Shown here piece by piece: positions 36,368 to 50,371 of a DNA stretch of 64,000 bases (position 1 is the first letter of the stretch; each line of letters starts with the position of its first letter). A model generated the notes under the pieces. The model had not been told where the DNA came from. It saw only the letters and a list, made by a program, of their open reading frames with translations, and ran no database searches. This DNA is from Eledone cirrhosa (Eukaryota). Location of the stretch: contig OZ024750.1 of assembly GCA_964016885.1 (NCBI GenBank), positions 30,318,001-30,382,000 of the forward strand. The letters are read 5' to 3'. Position numbers and translations under genes: made by a program.

Positions 36368-36727
36368 CATGGGTGGAGGTGGTGGAGAGCAGACCTCAAA
36401 TCGAGGGCATTGGCCTTGCAATCGAAAGGTTGTGAGTTCAATTCTCACACCGGGTGATGTGTTGTTTTCTTGAGCAAGACACTTTATTTCACATTGCTCC
36501 AGTTTACTCAGCTGTAGAAATGAGATGATAGGGACTAGGGTCCCTATTATTCCACTACAAAGTGGTCGTGGAGGTGCCACGGCAAAAAAGCACCCAGCAC
36601 TCACTGTAAATGAGGTTGGTGTTAGGAAGGGCATCCAGCTGTAGAAATCAAGCCAGAATCAGTTCCCGTCCCACCCTTGCAAGCATGGAAAAGGGAACGT
36701 AAAATGATGATGATGATGATGATGATA
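36368..36727 (+). mobile_element. Chimera: short RTE 3' coding piece fused to 5'-truncated SINE B
   Basis: 36368-36404 matches 40398-40431; the remainder is SINE B. Confidence 0.75.
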
Positions 36728-36879
36728 TAAGAAAAAAAACGAGGATGTGAGATATGTATTATGTAACAACCTGTTATGCACATTTCACAGAGGAGTGGCT
36801 CAATATATATATATATATCCAACCTATGGAGAAGCGGACGTGATGATGATGATCATATATATATATATATATATATATA

Positions 36880-37070
36880 TAGTGTATTTGGTCATGGACA
36901 TGTGATGCGCATGGATAATGACTGCTGGGTGAAGAAATCCCAGGAAATCCCAGTGGATGGAAACTGGAGTAGAAGTTGTGAGAACTGACCTCAAATCACC
37001 GAGACTCACAGAGGAGCAGAACCTATCCAACCCATGCAAGCGTAGAAAAATGGACATAAAAATGATGATA
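36880..37070 (+). mobile_element. RTE LINE 3' end
   Basis: GHVMRMDNDCWVKKSQEIPVDG; aacccatgcaagcgtagaaaaatggacataaaatgatg tail. Confidence 0.8.
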
Positions 37071-37589
37071 AACACTTTAAAATAAACAGCTTTGTATTGT
37101 AAAACCCAGGGCAGTTTCATGCAGCTTGTTATCAAAAGGGTTAACGTAGTGACACACATGAATCTGTATAATTAAAAATTTATCATTTTTGTTAGAACAG
37201 ATGTACTCCCACAGTACTTATGCACTTACAATTGGCCCCTGGTAGTAAAATAGCTCCCTATTATTGATGTAGAAACTTCCCTGTTGGCTCAGTGCTAGAA
37301 TAATAACCTTCCAACATTTCATTATTCAGCATTGCCTCGGGAGAAGGTACCAGATAATTTAGTAATGTGACCTAAGACAGACCGACTTCCTACATATAGG
37401 GAGACATAACTTTCTTCTGTTTAATGATATGAAACTGAAACTAAGCCCTGGCTCTTTAATAGTCCCTCAGGCCTTAGACAACATTAATGTCAGCAGCCCC
37501 ATGTCCCCAATTTTGGGACATGAACATTAGAAGTACAGCAACACAGATGAAAAAATATTACACTTGAAACAGCCAGTGAATTATCATCA

Positions 37590-38170
37590 CCACCATCATA
37601 ATCATCATCATCACCATTTTCCCACGATCTCATAGGTTGGATGGGTCTTTTCCAGCACAGCATCCTTCCACTTGCGTTCCTTCCACTTGTGTTCCTTCCA
37701 CTTGTGTTCCTTCGTTAACTACTGTGAGCTTCAACAATTTCAGATCTGTGCTCACCACCTCTGACAAGGTCTTTCTCTACTGCAGCTACCTTCCAGTGAG
37801 ATGTCTTGATACTTCTTCACTCAACAATCATCATCTATATGTATTATATGTCCATTGGCAGTATCGGTAGAGGGTCGGACGCCATGCTTTTGAGCATAGT
37901 TACATCCCTTTACAATCTGAGTTCAAATCCCGCCGAGGTTGACTTTGCCTTTCATCCTTACGGAGTCGATAAAATAAAGTACCAGTAATGCACTGGGTAA
38001 TTGCTGGCCTTGTGCCTAAAGTAGAAACAATTATATGTCCATACCAGTGCAGTCTTCTTTCTTACATAGCACAACCAATTCCTCTTATTCCCAGTTTTTC
38101 TCACACACACCCATGCTTCATCATTCACCCACATTAACATCACACATACATCAAAGTATGTTTGCTTCAT
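37590..38170 (-). mobile_element. Decayed RTE 3' end containing a plus-strand SINE A (37856-38033) with 13-bp TSD
   Basis: attatatgtccat at 37843-37855 and 38030-38042. Confidence 0.75.
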
Positions 38171-38634
38171 TTTTTTTCTCCAGTTTTTGCATATCCCCAA
38201 AGTATGTTGTCCTGTACTCTACTGATTCTGCCAATCCACCACCATGAAAACACAAACTTAATAACAAAAATGTTAGTTATATTACTAAACCCCTCAAAAT
38301 TACTTCAAAATCATAAGCAGTGGATTTCATTAGAAATATAGTAACAAAAGAGTTTAAAGAGTTAATAGTTATCTAAAAACTTTCCATCCTAATATTATGG
38401 AGAAACCTTTGTTAAGTTATGTTACACTCACCCACTTAATGTAATGAAAAAGTTAGTTATATTAATTACTAAATCATTACAAATTCTTTATTAATTTCAA
38501 AATGAAGTGAAAATCATAAGCTATTGTTTTCATTGAAAATATGGTTACAAAAGGATTAAAACTTCTAGACCAGAACACTCTAAACTTTTCCCATTACTAA
38601 CACACTTTCTAAAGAAAATATTTTTTATGACACA

Positions 38635-39057
38635 TTAACCCTTTAGCATTTAAGCCAGTCATATCTGGCTAGAACTCGCTCACCTCTTTCTGTTCAAACC
38701 GGCTGTAACCGGCTGCTCATACTTATTTTAAGGTATTGCTCTCAGAATAAATAATTGTTTCTACTTTTGGCACAAGGCCAGTAATTACCCAGTACATTAC
38801 TGGTACTTTATTTTATCGACCAGTAAGGATGAAAGGCAAAGTCAACCTCGGCGGGATTTGAACTCAGATCGTAAAGAGACGTAACTATGCTGGAAAGCAT
38901 GGCGTCCGACTCTCTACCGATACTGCCAATTCACCGCCCTCTCAGAATAAATAATATCAAAAAGATTTGATATTATGTGAGATAATCATGTGAGGTAAAG
39001 CCTTTACCATTAAATTACAATAGCATTTATAGAGTAATGTAAATGCTAAAGGGTTAA
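38635..39057. mobile_element. MITE family 1 with full-length SINE A (38752-38938, minus)
   Basis: Perfect ttaaccctttagcattta / taaatgctaaagggttaa ends; TSD ctctcagaataaataat at 38739-38755 and 38939-38955. Confidence 0.9.
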
Positions 39058-39277
39058 GTTTTGTTAGTGAAACCAAATATATAATATAAAAACAAATAGA
39101 AAACAAAACAATACAGTGTGATAGATGAGTTTGTAGAGAAGGTTGTCAGATCTCATTAGATTTCATAGTCAATTATTTGTACAAATTGATAAGATTTGAC
39201 TTAATTCTTTCTGTAACATATCTAGAAATTATCAGCAGCAACACACAGGTTGGAAAGCTGTAGTCTAGAGTCTAGAT

Positions 39278-39384
39278 CAGAAGTTCTCAAACTTTTTGGG
39301 CCACTGCCTCTCACAGCCACATAATACCCTCAGCACCCCAACCCTATTTCCAGAGAGACCTGCCTACAATCGAATTGTAAATAA
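39278..39384. mobile_element. Left end of the hAT MITE family
   Basis: cagaagttctcaaactttttgggcc..ccctatttccagagagacct matches 13569-13660. Confidence 0.75.
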
Positions 39385-39696
39385 TCTTTCCCTATATAAA
39401 ATGTCTGTCTGTCTGTCTGTCTGTTCCTATGAATTCTCAAACAGCTGGACAAAATCAAATCAAATCAAATTTTACAAGGTAATAGTATTAGACTCCAGGA
39501 GTATCAACATATAATTACCCTCCCCCTCCTCATTCTTCTGTGACACTAGAGCCCTTGTCTTACCCCACCCTTATAAACCACTAAATGATTTTATACATTA
39601 TAATACATTACATTACTTTATGCTGTATATTTTAACATTTATTTAAATGTGATTTTATATGTTTTTCATTGGAGTTTTTTAGTGTTTTTTTTATGG

Positions 39697-39913
39697 TTTA
39701 GTCCTTTAGCATTTAAACCGCCCATATCTGACCAGAATTCTCACACCTCTTTCTGTTCAAACCGGCCATAACCAGCTGCTCATACTGATGTTAAGGTATT
39801 ATTCCCAAAATAAATAATATCAAAATCTCATAGATTCGATATTATGTGAGATAAAGCCTTTACTGTGAAAATATAATAGTAAATATAAAGTAATGTAAAT
39901 GCTAAAGGGTTAA
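39697..39913. mobile_element. MITE family 1
   Basis: cctttagcatttaaaccg ... taaatgctaaagggttaa. Confidence 0.85.
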
Positions 39914-40374
39914 TATTTTTGTCAGACAACAACATGAGGTTTATTTTTGCCATATAATATTAAGCAAAACTTACGTAACTTCGAAAATAATAAAATTTGA
40001 AACAATGTTTGCCAAAGTAGACCTGTACTTGACTGATGCTTATTTTACTGACCCCTAAAGGGCGAAAGGCATAGTTGACTTTGGAGGGATTTGAACTCAA
40101 AACACAAAGGGCCGTAAATACTGCAAAATATTTTCTCCGGCACTCTACCAATTCTGTCAATTAACTGACAATTTAACACCAATTTAATAACAAGAAATGT
40201 AGTTTTTTAATTAAATTACTACAAATTCTTGATTATTTAAAAAATATTTGAAAATCATAATTCATTAGAAATATGGTAATAAAAGGGTTACAACATCTTG
40301 ATTAGAACCTTTCAAATTTTTTACACAGGTAGCACACTTTTTAAAAATATAATTTTTCTGCAACCCACAAATTA

Positions 40375-40540
40375 CGTAGAAGTAGATCACGAAAAACATG
40401 GGCGGAGGTGGTGAGAGCAGACCTCAGATCGCTGAAACTCACGGAGAAGATGACGAAGGACCGTGACGGGTGGAGATATGCTGTGCTGAATAGCAACCTT
40501 GCAAGCAGGGAAAAACGGACGTATGATGATGATGATGACA
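40375..40540 (+). mobile_element. RTE LINE 3' end with SINE B-like tail
   Basis: RKTWAEVVRADLRSLKLTEKMTKDRDGWRYAVL then aaccttgcaagcagggaaaaacggacgtatgatgatg. Confidence 0.85.
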
Positions 40541-43247
40541 AAGCTAAATATATAATTATCATCATCAACATCATTTAACATCTAGCAAGAGTTGGACATT
40601 TAAGATTTTACATATAATACATATAATCCATCCAGGAATGAACAACAAGATTCTAGAACTCATTTGCTTACCAAGTGGGGTGGACATCATCAGACCAAGG
40701 AAACAATGTTTCTATTGGCCTTTCTAATTGCTGATACTATCTACTGGCAGAAGGAGCAACGTGGAAAAAAATGTCTTGTTCAAGGACACAACACATTACC
40801 TGGCCTGGGAATTGAACTCACAACCTCATGATTGTGAATCCAATTCTCTAACCACTAAGCCATGTACCTTCACTAATATAAAATGTATATAAAAAGAAAT
40901 AATTTAATGGGATACATGAAGTTGTGTGATAGGAATAGAGTCCCCACCATTACAGCACCCTAGATATGAAACCTGATGTGAGGTCAACTAAACCTACACA
41001 GGTGTGAGATATAACAGGTGTGAGATTTAACACAAATTTTAGATCTTAAATATACTTCAGAGCTAAATATTTGTAGAAACTTGATAAGATTTTATTTTAT
41101 TTTATTTTATTTTATAACACACCTATAGATTATCAACAACACATAGGAAACCACTCCTCTTATGTTTATAATGTAATAGTTTATAATTTAGGCACAAGGC
41201 CAGTAATTTGGGTTGGGGTGGGGTCAGTTATATTGACACCCCCCCCCCCCCCCCCCCACCCCACCCCACCCATCCTCCAGTACTCAACTGGTACTTTATT
41301 TTAACCTTAGAAAGATGAAAATCAAATTTAACTTTGGCAGAATTTGAACTCAGAACATAAAAGAGCTGGAACAAACTCCACAAAATATTTTCTCTGACAT
41401 TCTAAATATTCTTCCATTTCCTCCAGCCTCTGTCGATGTAATGATGCCAGAATGTTCTAGAAAGATGCTGCTATACAATCAACCAACTTTGAAATCACTA
41501 GACCAGCAGTGCAGTTGTTCTATTTGATTCTAGCTTGCTGAACTGAAAACAAACATTGTAATAGTACTTTCTAATTTAGGCAGAAAGCCAGCAATTTTGG
41601 GGTGAAGGGCATAATCATTTATATTGACACCAGTATTTTACTGGTACTGTAATTTATCGACCCCAGGAGGACGAAGAACAAAGATGACTGTGGTGGGATT
41701 TGTACTCAGAATGGAAAAAATGAAAACAAATACCACAAAGCATTTTGCCCAACACTCTAATGATACTGCCAAGAGTCTAAAATCTGTCTTGAGCCTGGAG
41801 GCTCATCAGGCTGGTGCTTATCCTGGTTTTCCTTTGTGTTATAACTCCTCTCCCCTGGACAGGACTCCAGTTCCTCATAAGGTTAAATCCCCAGCTATTG
41901 TTGGTACTCATTTTCACCTGAGTCTACTGGAGCAATGTGAAATGAAATGTTTTGCTCAAGAACACAACACACAACCCAGTCTAGGAATCAAACCCATGAC
42001 ATTATCATCGTTAGTACAACACCTTTACCACAAGGCCACACAATAGCAACATTTAATTCTTAATGTCCTGTATCACACGAACCCATATTAGTAAGACATT
42101 CTTGTAAAGTACAAAACAGTATTATGACTACATCACATTAAAAATAATAGTCTCTCCTCCAATACTGCAAATTTTCACAATGATCTGTCCACTAGTAAAT
42201 ATAATATAAACATTTGAATAAACAAACTAGTTTTTAGATAGTTTCCTTTTTTGCCAAATTATTACAGGATATTAAAAGCCTCTCTGGAATTGGTAACACA
42301 ATAAATGCACCCAGTAAACTCTGTAATGTGGATGGTGAAAGGAAGGGCATCCAGCCATAGAAAACTTGCCAAATGAAGAATCAGAGGACACTGTCAAAGA
42401 CATGACAAACTCCCTCATAATAGTATCGTCGTAAAATGCATCCAGTTTACTCTGTACATGCAGGAACATGTGAGGTACACCCCCTTCCCCACCCCAGCAC
42501 TTCCGAGAGGTCAGTAGCACTGATTAAGTATTAAGTTGGTCAGTGACAACCCATCCAACGTTTGCTAACAGGGAAAACAAATGTTAAATGATGATTATGT
42601 TGAGAGTTAAACAGCAGTAGTGAAATAGTAGTGGGCCATCAAATTATAGGCCTTCAATTTGATTCCGAATCCATCGCTTGATTTAACACCACCACCTACC
42701 TAAATATATCCAAGGGACTACCCTCAGATCCCTTTAACATTGTCCACATAGTTACCAAGTAAACTTCTTAACCATACAACCATGATTGAAGTTTTCAAAA
42801 TAAGAACTGACATCAATATTTTCCTTCACAATCATCATCATCATTATCTGTCTACCTTCCATGCTGGTATGAGTTGGATGGGTTATTACAGTTTGGGACT
42901 AGACAGATCAGAGAGACCTCATCTAGCTCATATATTCTATTCCATATTTGGCATGGTTTCAATGGCTGGATGCCCTTCCTTCCACCACTTTATGTGGTAT
43001 TTTGGGTGTATTTTATTGCAACACCAATGCTACAACATTACTGTGAGCATTTTATCATGTAAAATAAAAACATATCTGCTTTATAAATTATATCTGCCTT
43101 CTTAATGTTCAAAGGTGTCATATTGACAAATATTTCACAGAAATAACAAACACTAAAGAGACTTACAAAATAAATCAATGTTGACATTCTGCTGTTTGTT
43201 ACAACACTTAGATTTAGATTGCTGAGATATAAATGAATATCTGCTGC

Positions 43248-43530
43248 TGCTTCTTCTTCTTCACCCACTTAGTCCCAAAACACTCCTTCCAGCAGGTCCT
43301 GTCAGAAACAACTGTCTCTAATTGATTCAGCTGGATCCCCAAGCAAGACCAGTCAAGTTCATGGCTGTTATCCAAACATCTTGCTCGAGATCTACTCCTG
43401 GGTTATGCCCATAAAATCTGTCCAGCAATTCTTTCCTGAGACATGTCCATAGTACCGGAGATGTGATCTCTCAATTCAGAGAAGTAGTGGCTCTACCTGG
43501 AGCAACTCCCTGATCTTTGAGCTTTGTAGT
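43248..43530 (-). mobile_element. RTE-like 3' fragment with (AAG)n tail
   Basis: SSKIRELLQVEPLLL*IERSHLRYYGHVS..RARCLDN; cttcttctt at the left end. Confidence 0.75.
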
Positions 43531-45749
43531 AAATGTATGGTATGATAGGGTATGGTATGGTATGGACCTGTATCTCCTGAGGAGTTGTAGGTGTGCCATA
43601 TCGACATATGGCATATCTAGGACATTTTTTAAAACCTGGCGGAGCCCATCTCCTCTCCAGGTCTGAATACAGCAGATTTGTTCCAGAGAAAGATAGAAAG
43701 AGTGAGAGAAAGGAAACGAGAAAGATATATAGAGGAAGAATCGACCATTAAATGGATGAAAGGCAAAGTTGACCTCAGCAGGATTTGAACTCAGAAAGTT
43801 GACAGCCAAAATGAATACTACAAAACATTCTATCCGACGTTCTAATGACTCTGCCAATTTGCTGACAGTAAATGTATATGTGGAGCAAATATTCATAACA
43901 TCACAAGACTATCATCTTATATTAAGGTGAGGATTGAAGAGATCACAGACTGATTCTGATGACTCATCACCATTTTCTCTGATATAATGGACATGATTGT
44001 TTTCAGGAGAACCAGAGCGACATCACAAGATCTATGATACTATCACAGATAAGACTACACCAACGCTCATATTTGTTTCTGATTTAGGCACAAAGCCAAC
44101 AATTTTTGGAGGAGGGGAAAGTCAATTAAATTGACCCCAGTGCGTTACTGGTACTTTATTTTATTGACCCCGTAAGAATGAAAAATAAAGCTAACTCCAG
44201 CAGGATTTTAATTCAAAACTTAAAGGGTCGTAACTCTATGCTATGAAGCATGTTGTCCAATGCTCTACCTATATTAATAATTCTTTCTACTTTTGGCACA
44301 AGGCCAGCAATTACCCAGTGCATTACTGGTACTTTATTTTATCGACCCCGTAAGGGTGAAAGGCAAATATCATATTACTATTGAATATGTCTTCATAATT
44401 GAAAATCTGTGTATGTGAGTGTGTGAGAGAGAAAGAGAAAGAGAGAGAGAAAGAGAGAGAGAGTAGCTCAATTTATTAGAAATAAAGATATACATGTCTA
44501 TTATGATATCGACAATGTCGTATTAAATGGTTGTTAAGATATCAAAAATGTGGTATTATACAGATGTTATGATATCAAAAATGTGATAGTATATGGTTGT
44601 TATGATATTCAACAATGTGATATTATATGGTTGTTATGATATCAACAATGTGGAGGTATTAAATATCAATTAATTTTAATCTAAATAACAATTTCTAAAT
44701 ATTATTAACAGGCATTGTTAAATTTCCTCTAAAAAAAGATGTCAGCAAAAATGCTATAAAATTTATAGTTATAACAGAAATATTCATATACAATGTGTGT
44801 GTGTGTGTGTGCAGTATAATGTAAAATGCACCCAGTTCACTCTGTAAAGTGGTAGTGCAGATACCAAGATAAAATGCACCCAGTGATAGTTCTGATGCCC
44901 CAATAAAATGTACCCAGTACACCCTGTAAAGTGATAGTTCTTGTGCCACGATGAATTGCACCCAGTACACTTTGTAAAGTAATAGTTTTTGCACCAATCT
45001 TTAAAATGGTAGTGCTGTCATCATAATAAAATGCCTGCAGTACAATCTTCCAAGTGATTGGAATTCAGAAGAGCATCCAGTTGTAAAACCCATACCAAAT
45101 ATGGAATATATGAACAAGACATAGTTTCTCCTCTCCATGTAGTCTCTCCTACCATGACAATCCATCCAACTATGGTTTACACGCAGAGACATTTTTTCCA
45201 ATGTCATTATGCTAGAAATAATTTAAAAGATTATCGTATTCAGAATAAAAAAAACATTTTTCCTTTACATACAATTTTTATAATCTCAAAATCATTTTGT
45301 CATCGAACCCTCAACCACCACAACCACCACCACCACCCACCAAAAACTAAATCCAGGACCCGTACCTATAATTCACAGACAATCCCAATACCTAAAATGT
45401 TCAGACAATTCCACCAACAGACTAATTTCCTTCTGATTCTGAAGATATAATAAAGAAAAAAACACAAAAATATTCGAAAAAGAAAAATATTATAAATAAT
45501 TTTGAAGCTTCTATAATTTTTGAAATTACTTTTTCTGAGATTTTCACTAAAATCAAATTGAAATATGATTGAAACATCAATTGTCAATGGAACTTTTATA
45601 CTTTTATTAAAAGAGCCATAAAGAAGATTGCATAAGGTCATTGATATTTAATTAAAAGACAAAATTACAAAGTTGGTTCCTTGCCAAAATAAGACAGCAT
45701 TAGGCAATGCTAAAAGCATATCAATTACAGAATGTCAGGATTAATTTTT

Positions 45750-46270
45750 TATCAATTTTTCTATACCTGTATGGGTTGGACATGTCATTTCAAGTACCGC
45801 ATCTCTTTATTTTTTTATTTTCTTTGTCATCTCTTTGTGAGGTCCAGCATCCTGAGATCAGCTTCCACCACCTCTGCCCATGTCTCTCATGGTCTTCTAC
45901 ATCCACAGTTATCCTCCACATGTTTCCCTCCTTTGTAAGGGGTAGTCTCTTGAGATCAGCTTCCACCACCTCTGCCCATGTTTTTCATGGTCTTCCACAG
46001 CCACAGCTACCCTCCACATGTCTCTCACCTTTATCATCTTTATTCAGTTTCTTGTGATCAATATTCACCAACTCTGACCATGTTTTTCATGGTCTTCCTT
46101 TTCCACTGCTTCCTTCCACCTGGAACTCCAGCCATTTCTTCACCCATAGATCATCATTCATGTACATTACTTGCCCATACCAAAACAATCTTTTCTTTTG
46201 CACACCACATATGATACCTTTTATATCCAGTTTTTCTCTCAACTCATCTATGTCTCACTACCATGTACCA
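45750..46270 (-). mobile_element. Decayed RTE 3' end with locally triplicated segment
   Basis: gagatcagcttccaccacctctgcccatg repeated; RTE-type tail at the left. Confidence 0.7.
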
Positions 46271-46784
46271 TTGCACTTCATATAATCATCATATAATCTG
46301 CCCTTCACTTGGGGACAGACAAGAGAGAAAATATCTTTATTGCCAACAGAACATTTTCAACAAAAGGACACCATTTTCACGTGTAGTTTTATTTTAAGAT
46401 TACTTAATGCAGTCTTGGCAATATATTGGCAAAATTGTTAAAACATCAGATAGAATGCTTTGCGGTATCTGTTCCAGCTCTCTGGAACTCCGCCAGGCTT
46501 AAAAATGCCCAATAAATGCCGTATGCCACTACAGCGCCCTACAACTCTATCAGGAGTTACAGGACCATACCATACTAATGCAGTGTTATTTTGGCAAGGC
46601 AACAACTTAGAAGTATTTTTTTCTTTTAATTGTATATCAATGACTTTATAGAATCTTCTTTACAGCTCTTTGCATAAAAATATTACTCCTATAACCAGTT
46701 TCTCTCTCGACTCATCTGAGCTAACATTACAGACCCAACAGAGGGTACTCAATTCATTTCTTTCTAACCATGTCTGACCATTGC

Positions 46785-47200
46785 CTTTCCTCTACATTTC
46801 TGACCTTTACATACCCTCTACATTTCTGACCAGTACCTTTCCTCTACATTTCTGATCTTTACATACCCTCTACATTTCTGACCAGTACCTTTCCTCTACA
46901 TTTCTGATCTTTACATACCCTCTACATTTCTGACCAGTACCTTTCCTCTACATTTCTGATCTTTACATACCCTCTACATTTCTGACCAGTACCTTTCCTC
47001 TACATTTCTGATCTTTACATATCCTCTACATTTCTCAGAATAACATATCTTCTACATTTCTAACCATTACATACGTTTTACATTTCTGACTATTACCTAT
47101 CCTCTACAATTCTAACCATTACATATCCTCTACAATTCTAACCATTACCTATCCTCTACAATTCTAACCATTACATATCCTCTACATTTCTGACTATTGC
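46785..47200. repeat. 26-bp minisatellite with 52-bp dimer structure
   Basis: cctctacatttctgaccagtaccttt / cctctacatttctgatctttacatac alternate (46861, 46913). Confidence 0.92.
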
Positions 47201-47552
47201 CTACCATCTGTATTCAATGCCCATGTCTCACTACCATGTAACATCGTATGATGTACAGAGATATCAGAGAATCTATACTTAACTTTAAAAAAGAACTCCT
47301 TTGTTGTGAACAAAACAATTTCCAATAAAATTACACCATTTCCATATTCCTCACACATCACAATTTACTATTTCCTTTCTTTACCATTCCAACTGAGTTT
47401 CTAAAGACAATTTCATTTCCTTCTACCTAAACTTAACTCAATTTCCATTTATTTCCACCAGAAATACATGCTCTATGATATCTAATAATTTTGTTTATTT
47501 GTTTTACCTAACATAATTTTTCACCAAATTCTTAAGTAATGAATTTATATCT

Positions 47553-47885
47553 ATCATCATTTTACGTCCCCTTTTTCCCTGCTTGCAAGGGTGGGACGGG
47601 AACTGATTCTGGCTTGATTTCTACAACTGGATGCCCTTCCTAACACCAACCTCATTTACAGTGAGTGCTGGGTGCTTTTTTGCCGTGGCACCTCCACGAC
47701 CACTTTGCAGTGGAATGATAGGGACTCCCAGTCCCTATCATCTCATTTCTACAGCTGAGTAAACTGGAGCAATGTGAAATAAAGTGTCTTGCTCAAGGAA
47801 ACAACACATCACCCGGTCTGAGAATTGAACTCACAACCTTTCGATTGCAAGGCCAATGCTCAAACCACTAAGCCATGTGCCTTCA
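47553..47885 (-). mobile_element. SINE B, full length
   Basis: Near-identical to the other copies. Confidence 0.92.
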
Positions 47886-48199
47886 TCTATCTATATATCT
47901 ATCTCTATAAATGTTTATGTCTATCTATATATCTATCTATATCTATCTATATATATGTGTGTGTGTGTAGTATCTATACATCTATATATATATAGTATAT
48001 GTGGTATATATATATATAGTAATAATAAATTTGAAGACTAAAATCCAAAGATGGCTCGATAAGGACAAATATATATCAGATATATAAGAACTGTAGAGCA
48101 AATATTTATTAAAATAACAGATTAAAGTTTAAGCAAAGAATCGCTGCTTTCACTCTTAATGGGATCTTCTGAAACTAAAAAAGTCAATCTGTGAACGCA

Positions 48200-49712
48200 G
48201 AAACAGGAGGTGTTCAAGATTGCGAGGCAGTGTGTCAGAGAGAATTGTGATGTCATTGGAGAGAAGTGTATCCAGAATGATAATGGTGAGCTTGCCCGCA
48301 CAAGTGCCGAGAAGAAAGCTGCGTGGAAGAGCCATTATGATAGATTACTAAATGAGGAGAATGCATGGGAAAAAGGGACCCTACCCCAAGTGGACCCTAT
48401 AGAGGGGCCAGCAGTACAAGTCAGCAACAGCATAGTAAGTAAGGCAATTAAAGATATGAAGACAGGGAAGGCAACCAGTCCATCAGGTATAGCTGCAGAG
48501 ATGCTGAAGGCATCTGGGTCGGTAGGTCACACCATAACCACACAAATTGTTAACCAGGTAATACTAGAGGGTATCATACCAAAGGATTGGTGCAGCAGCA
48601 TCATTGTCAACTGCTACAAAGGTAAAGGTGATGCACTAGATAGAGGAGACTATAGAGGTATAAAGCTGATGGACCAGGTCATGAAAGTAACGGAAAGATA
48701 GCACAGTTGATTAGGGACCGGATGAATGGCTTGTGAAAGCTGTACAAGCCATGTATAGAGAAGCCGTCAGCAAAGTTAGAGTTAGCAATGACTATAGCGA
48801 GGAATTTAGCATACAGGTCGGTGTCCACCAGGGCTCTGTTCTTAGCCCTCTCCTGTTCATTATAGTTTTGCAGGCAATAACGGAGAAGTTTAAGACCGGA
48901 TGCCCATGGGAACTCCTGTATGCAGATGATCTCGCACTTATAGCTGAAACCATGGTGGAACTAGAGAAGAAATTCCAAACATGGAAGCAGGGACTAGGAA
49001 GAAAGGGTCTCAAAGTCAACCTGACAAAGACTAAGGTTCTTGTAAGTAGACGAGAAAACAGAACCCAGATTCCCCCAGGGAAGTGGCCTTGCTCAGTATG
49101 TAGGAAAGGTGTAGGTAGGAACTCCATCCTCTGTTCCAAATGCAAACAATGGGTACACAAGAGATATAGTGGGATCTCAGGAAGTTTAACTAAGAATGTA
49201 GGCTTCATATGTAGCAGCTGCGCTGGGACAGCAAGCAGCAAACGACCTCAGGAAACAAGCACCACCAAACTCTGGGAGGGCTCTGTAGAAACAGTAGACA
49301 GCTTCTGCTACCTAGGTGACTGAATTAGCAGCGGAGGTGGGTGTTCGGAAAGTACAATAACTAGGGTAAGAACGGGATGGAAGAAGTTCAGGGAGCTACT
49401 ACCACTGTTAGCTGCAAAAGGCTTTTCCCTCAAAATGAAAGGCAGACTGTATGATGCGTGTATACGAACAGCGATGTTACATGGTAGTGAGACCTGAGCG
49501 CTGTCTGTAGAAGACTTGCGCAGATTAGAAAGAAACAAAGCTTGCATGCTCCGATGGATGTGTAATAGTAATATACACGAACGGCAAAGTATAAACGAAT
49601 TGAGAGAGAGGCTGAGCATCAGAGGAATCAAATGATGTGTGCAGGAGAGGAGGTTACGTTGGTATGGACATGTGATGCGTATGAAGGATGACAGCTGCAT
49701 AAAAAGGTGCAG
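48200..49712 (+). mobile_element. RTE LINE reverse-transcriptase region with PHD-type finger, internally deleted
   Basis: MKTGKATSPSGIAAEMLK, IPKDW..YKGKGD....DYRGIKLM, GVHQGSVLSPLLF, LLYADDLAL, GLKVNLTKTK, FCYLG, RLRWYGHVMRM; several stops. Confidence 0.93.
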
Positions 49713-49990
49713 ATGTCATACTGACTTTAAACAGATGTCACACTGACTTCAGACAGATGTCAAGACAGATGTCATACTGACTTTAGACAGATGTCATACT
49801 GACTTTAGACAGATGTCACACTGACTTCAGACAGATGTCAAGACAGATGTCATACTGACTTTAGACAGATGTCACACTGACTTCAGACAGATGTCAAGAC
49901 AGCTGTTAGACTGATGTCAGACAGATGTTAGACTGACGTCAGACAGATGTTAGACTGACGTCAAACAGATGTCAAACAGATGACAGACAT
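49710..49990. repeat. 11/22-bp minisatellite (cagatgtcatactgactttaga)
   Basis: Directly visible; starts at the RTE truncation point. Confidence 0.9.
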
Positions 49991-50371
49991 AGACCTGTAC
50001 ACAGAGCCTATGCATGTACACAAACTCATATGCAGGTACAAACTTGATAAAATAATGTTTTCATGAGCTAAACAGATGCAGTACCAAATTCATAGAATTA
50101 GGTACTGCGAGAAATATCTCCTGGATATGATGTCAACACTTTGGAGATAACATTCCCATGATATCTCTTGCTAATCTCTAAATTGAAATTATTTTATTTG
50201 GGAGAATAGGAGGCACATTCCAAGGCTAGGGCATTAAATACTGAGGTGCCAACCCAGCATATAAGAGAGAATCAAGTAACACCTTTACCATTCTGTCTGT
50301 TTGGACAATGAAGCAATGTGGATCTGGTGTATAAATATTTCTCTTAGCATTTGTATATATTGAATAAACTT

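Noticed and set aside
37228-37392. Minus-strand coding exon with gtaagt donor
   Set aside because: Stops in the frames tested from both candidate acceptors.
39385-39560. Second Helitron (TC start, tctg repeats)
   Set aside because: No convincing 3' hairpin plus CTAG end found.
43555-43690. Candidate minus-strand exon
   Set aside because: Related sequence occurs at 46480-46572, so it is an interspersed repeat.
48125-48178. Fifth hammerhead (minus: cagaaga..gaaagc)
   Set aside because: Core mutated (CAGAAGA) and stems I and II not convincingly paired.
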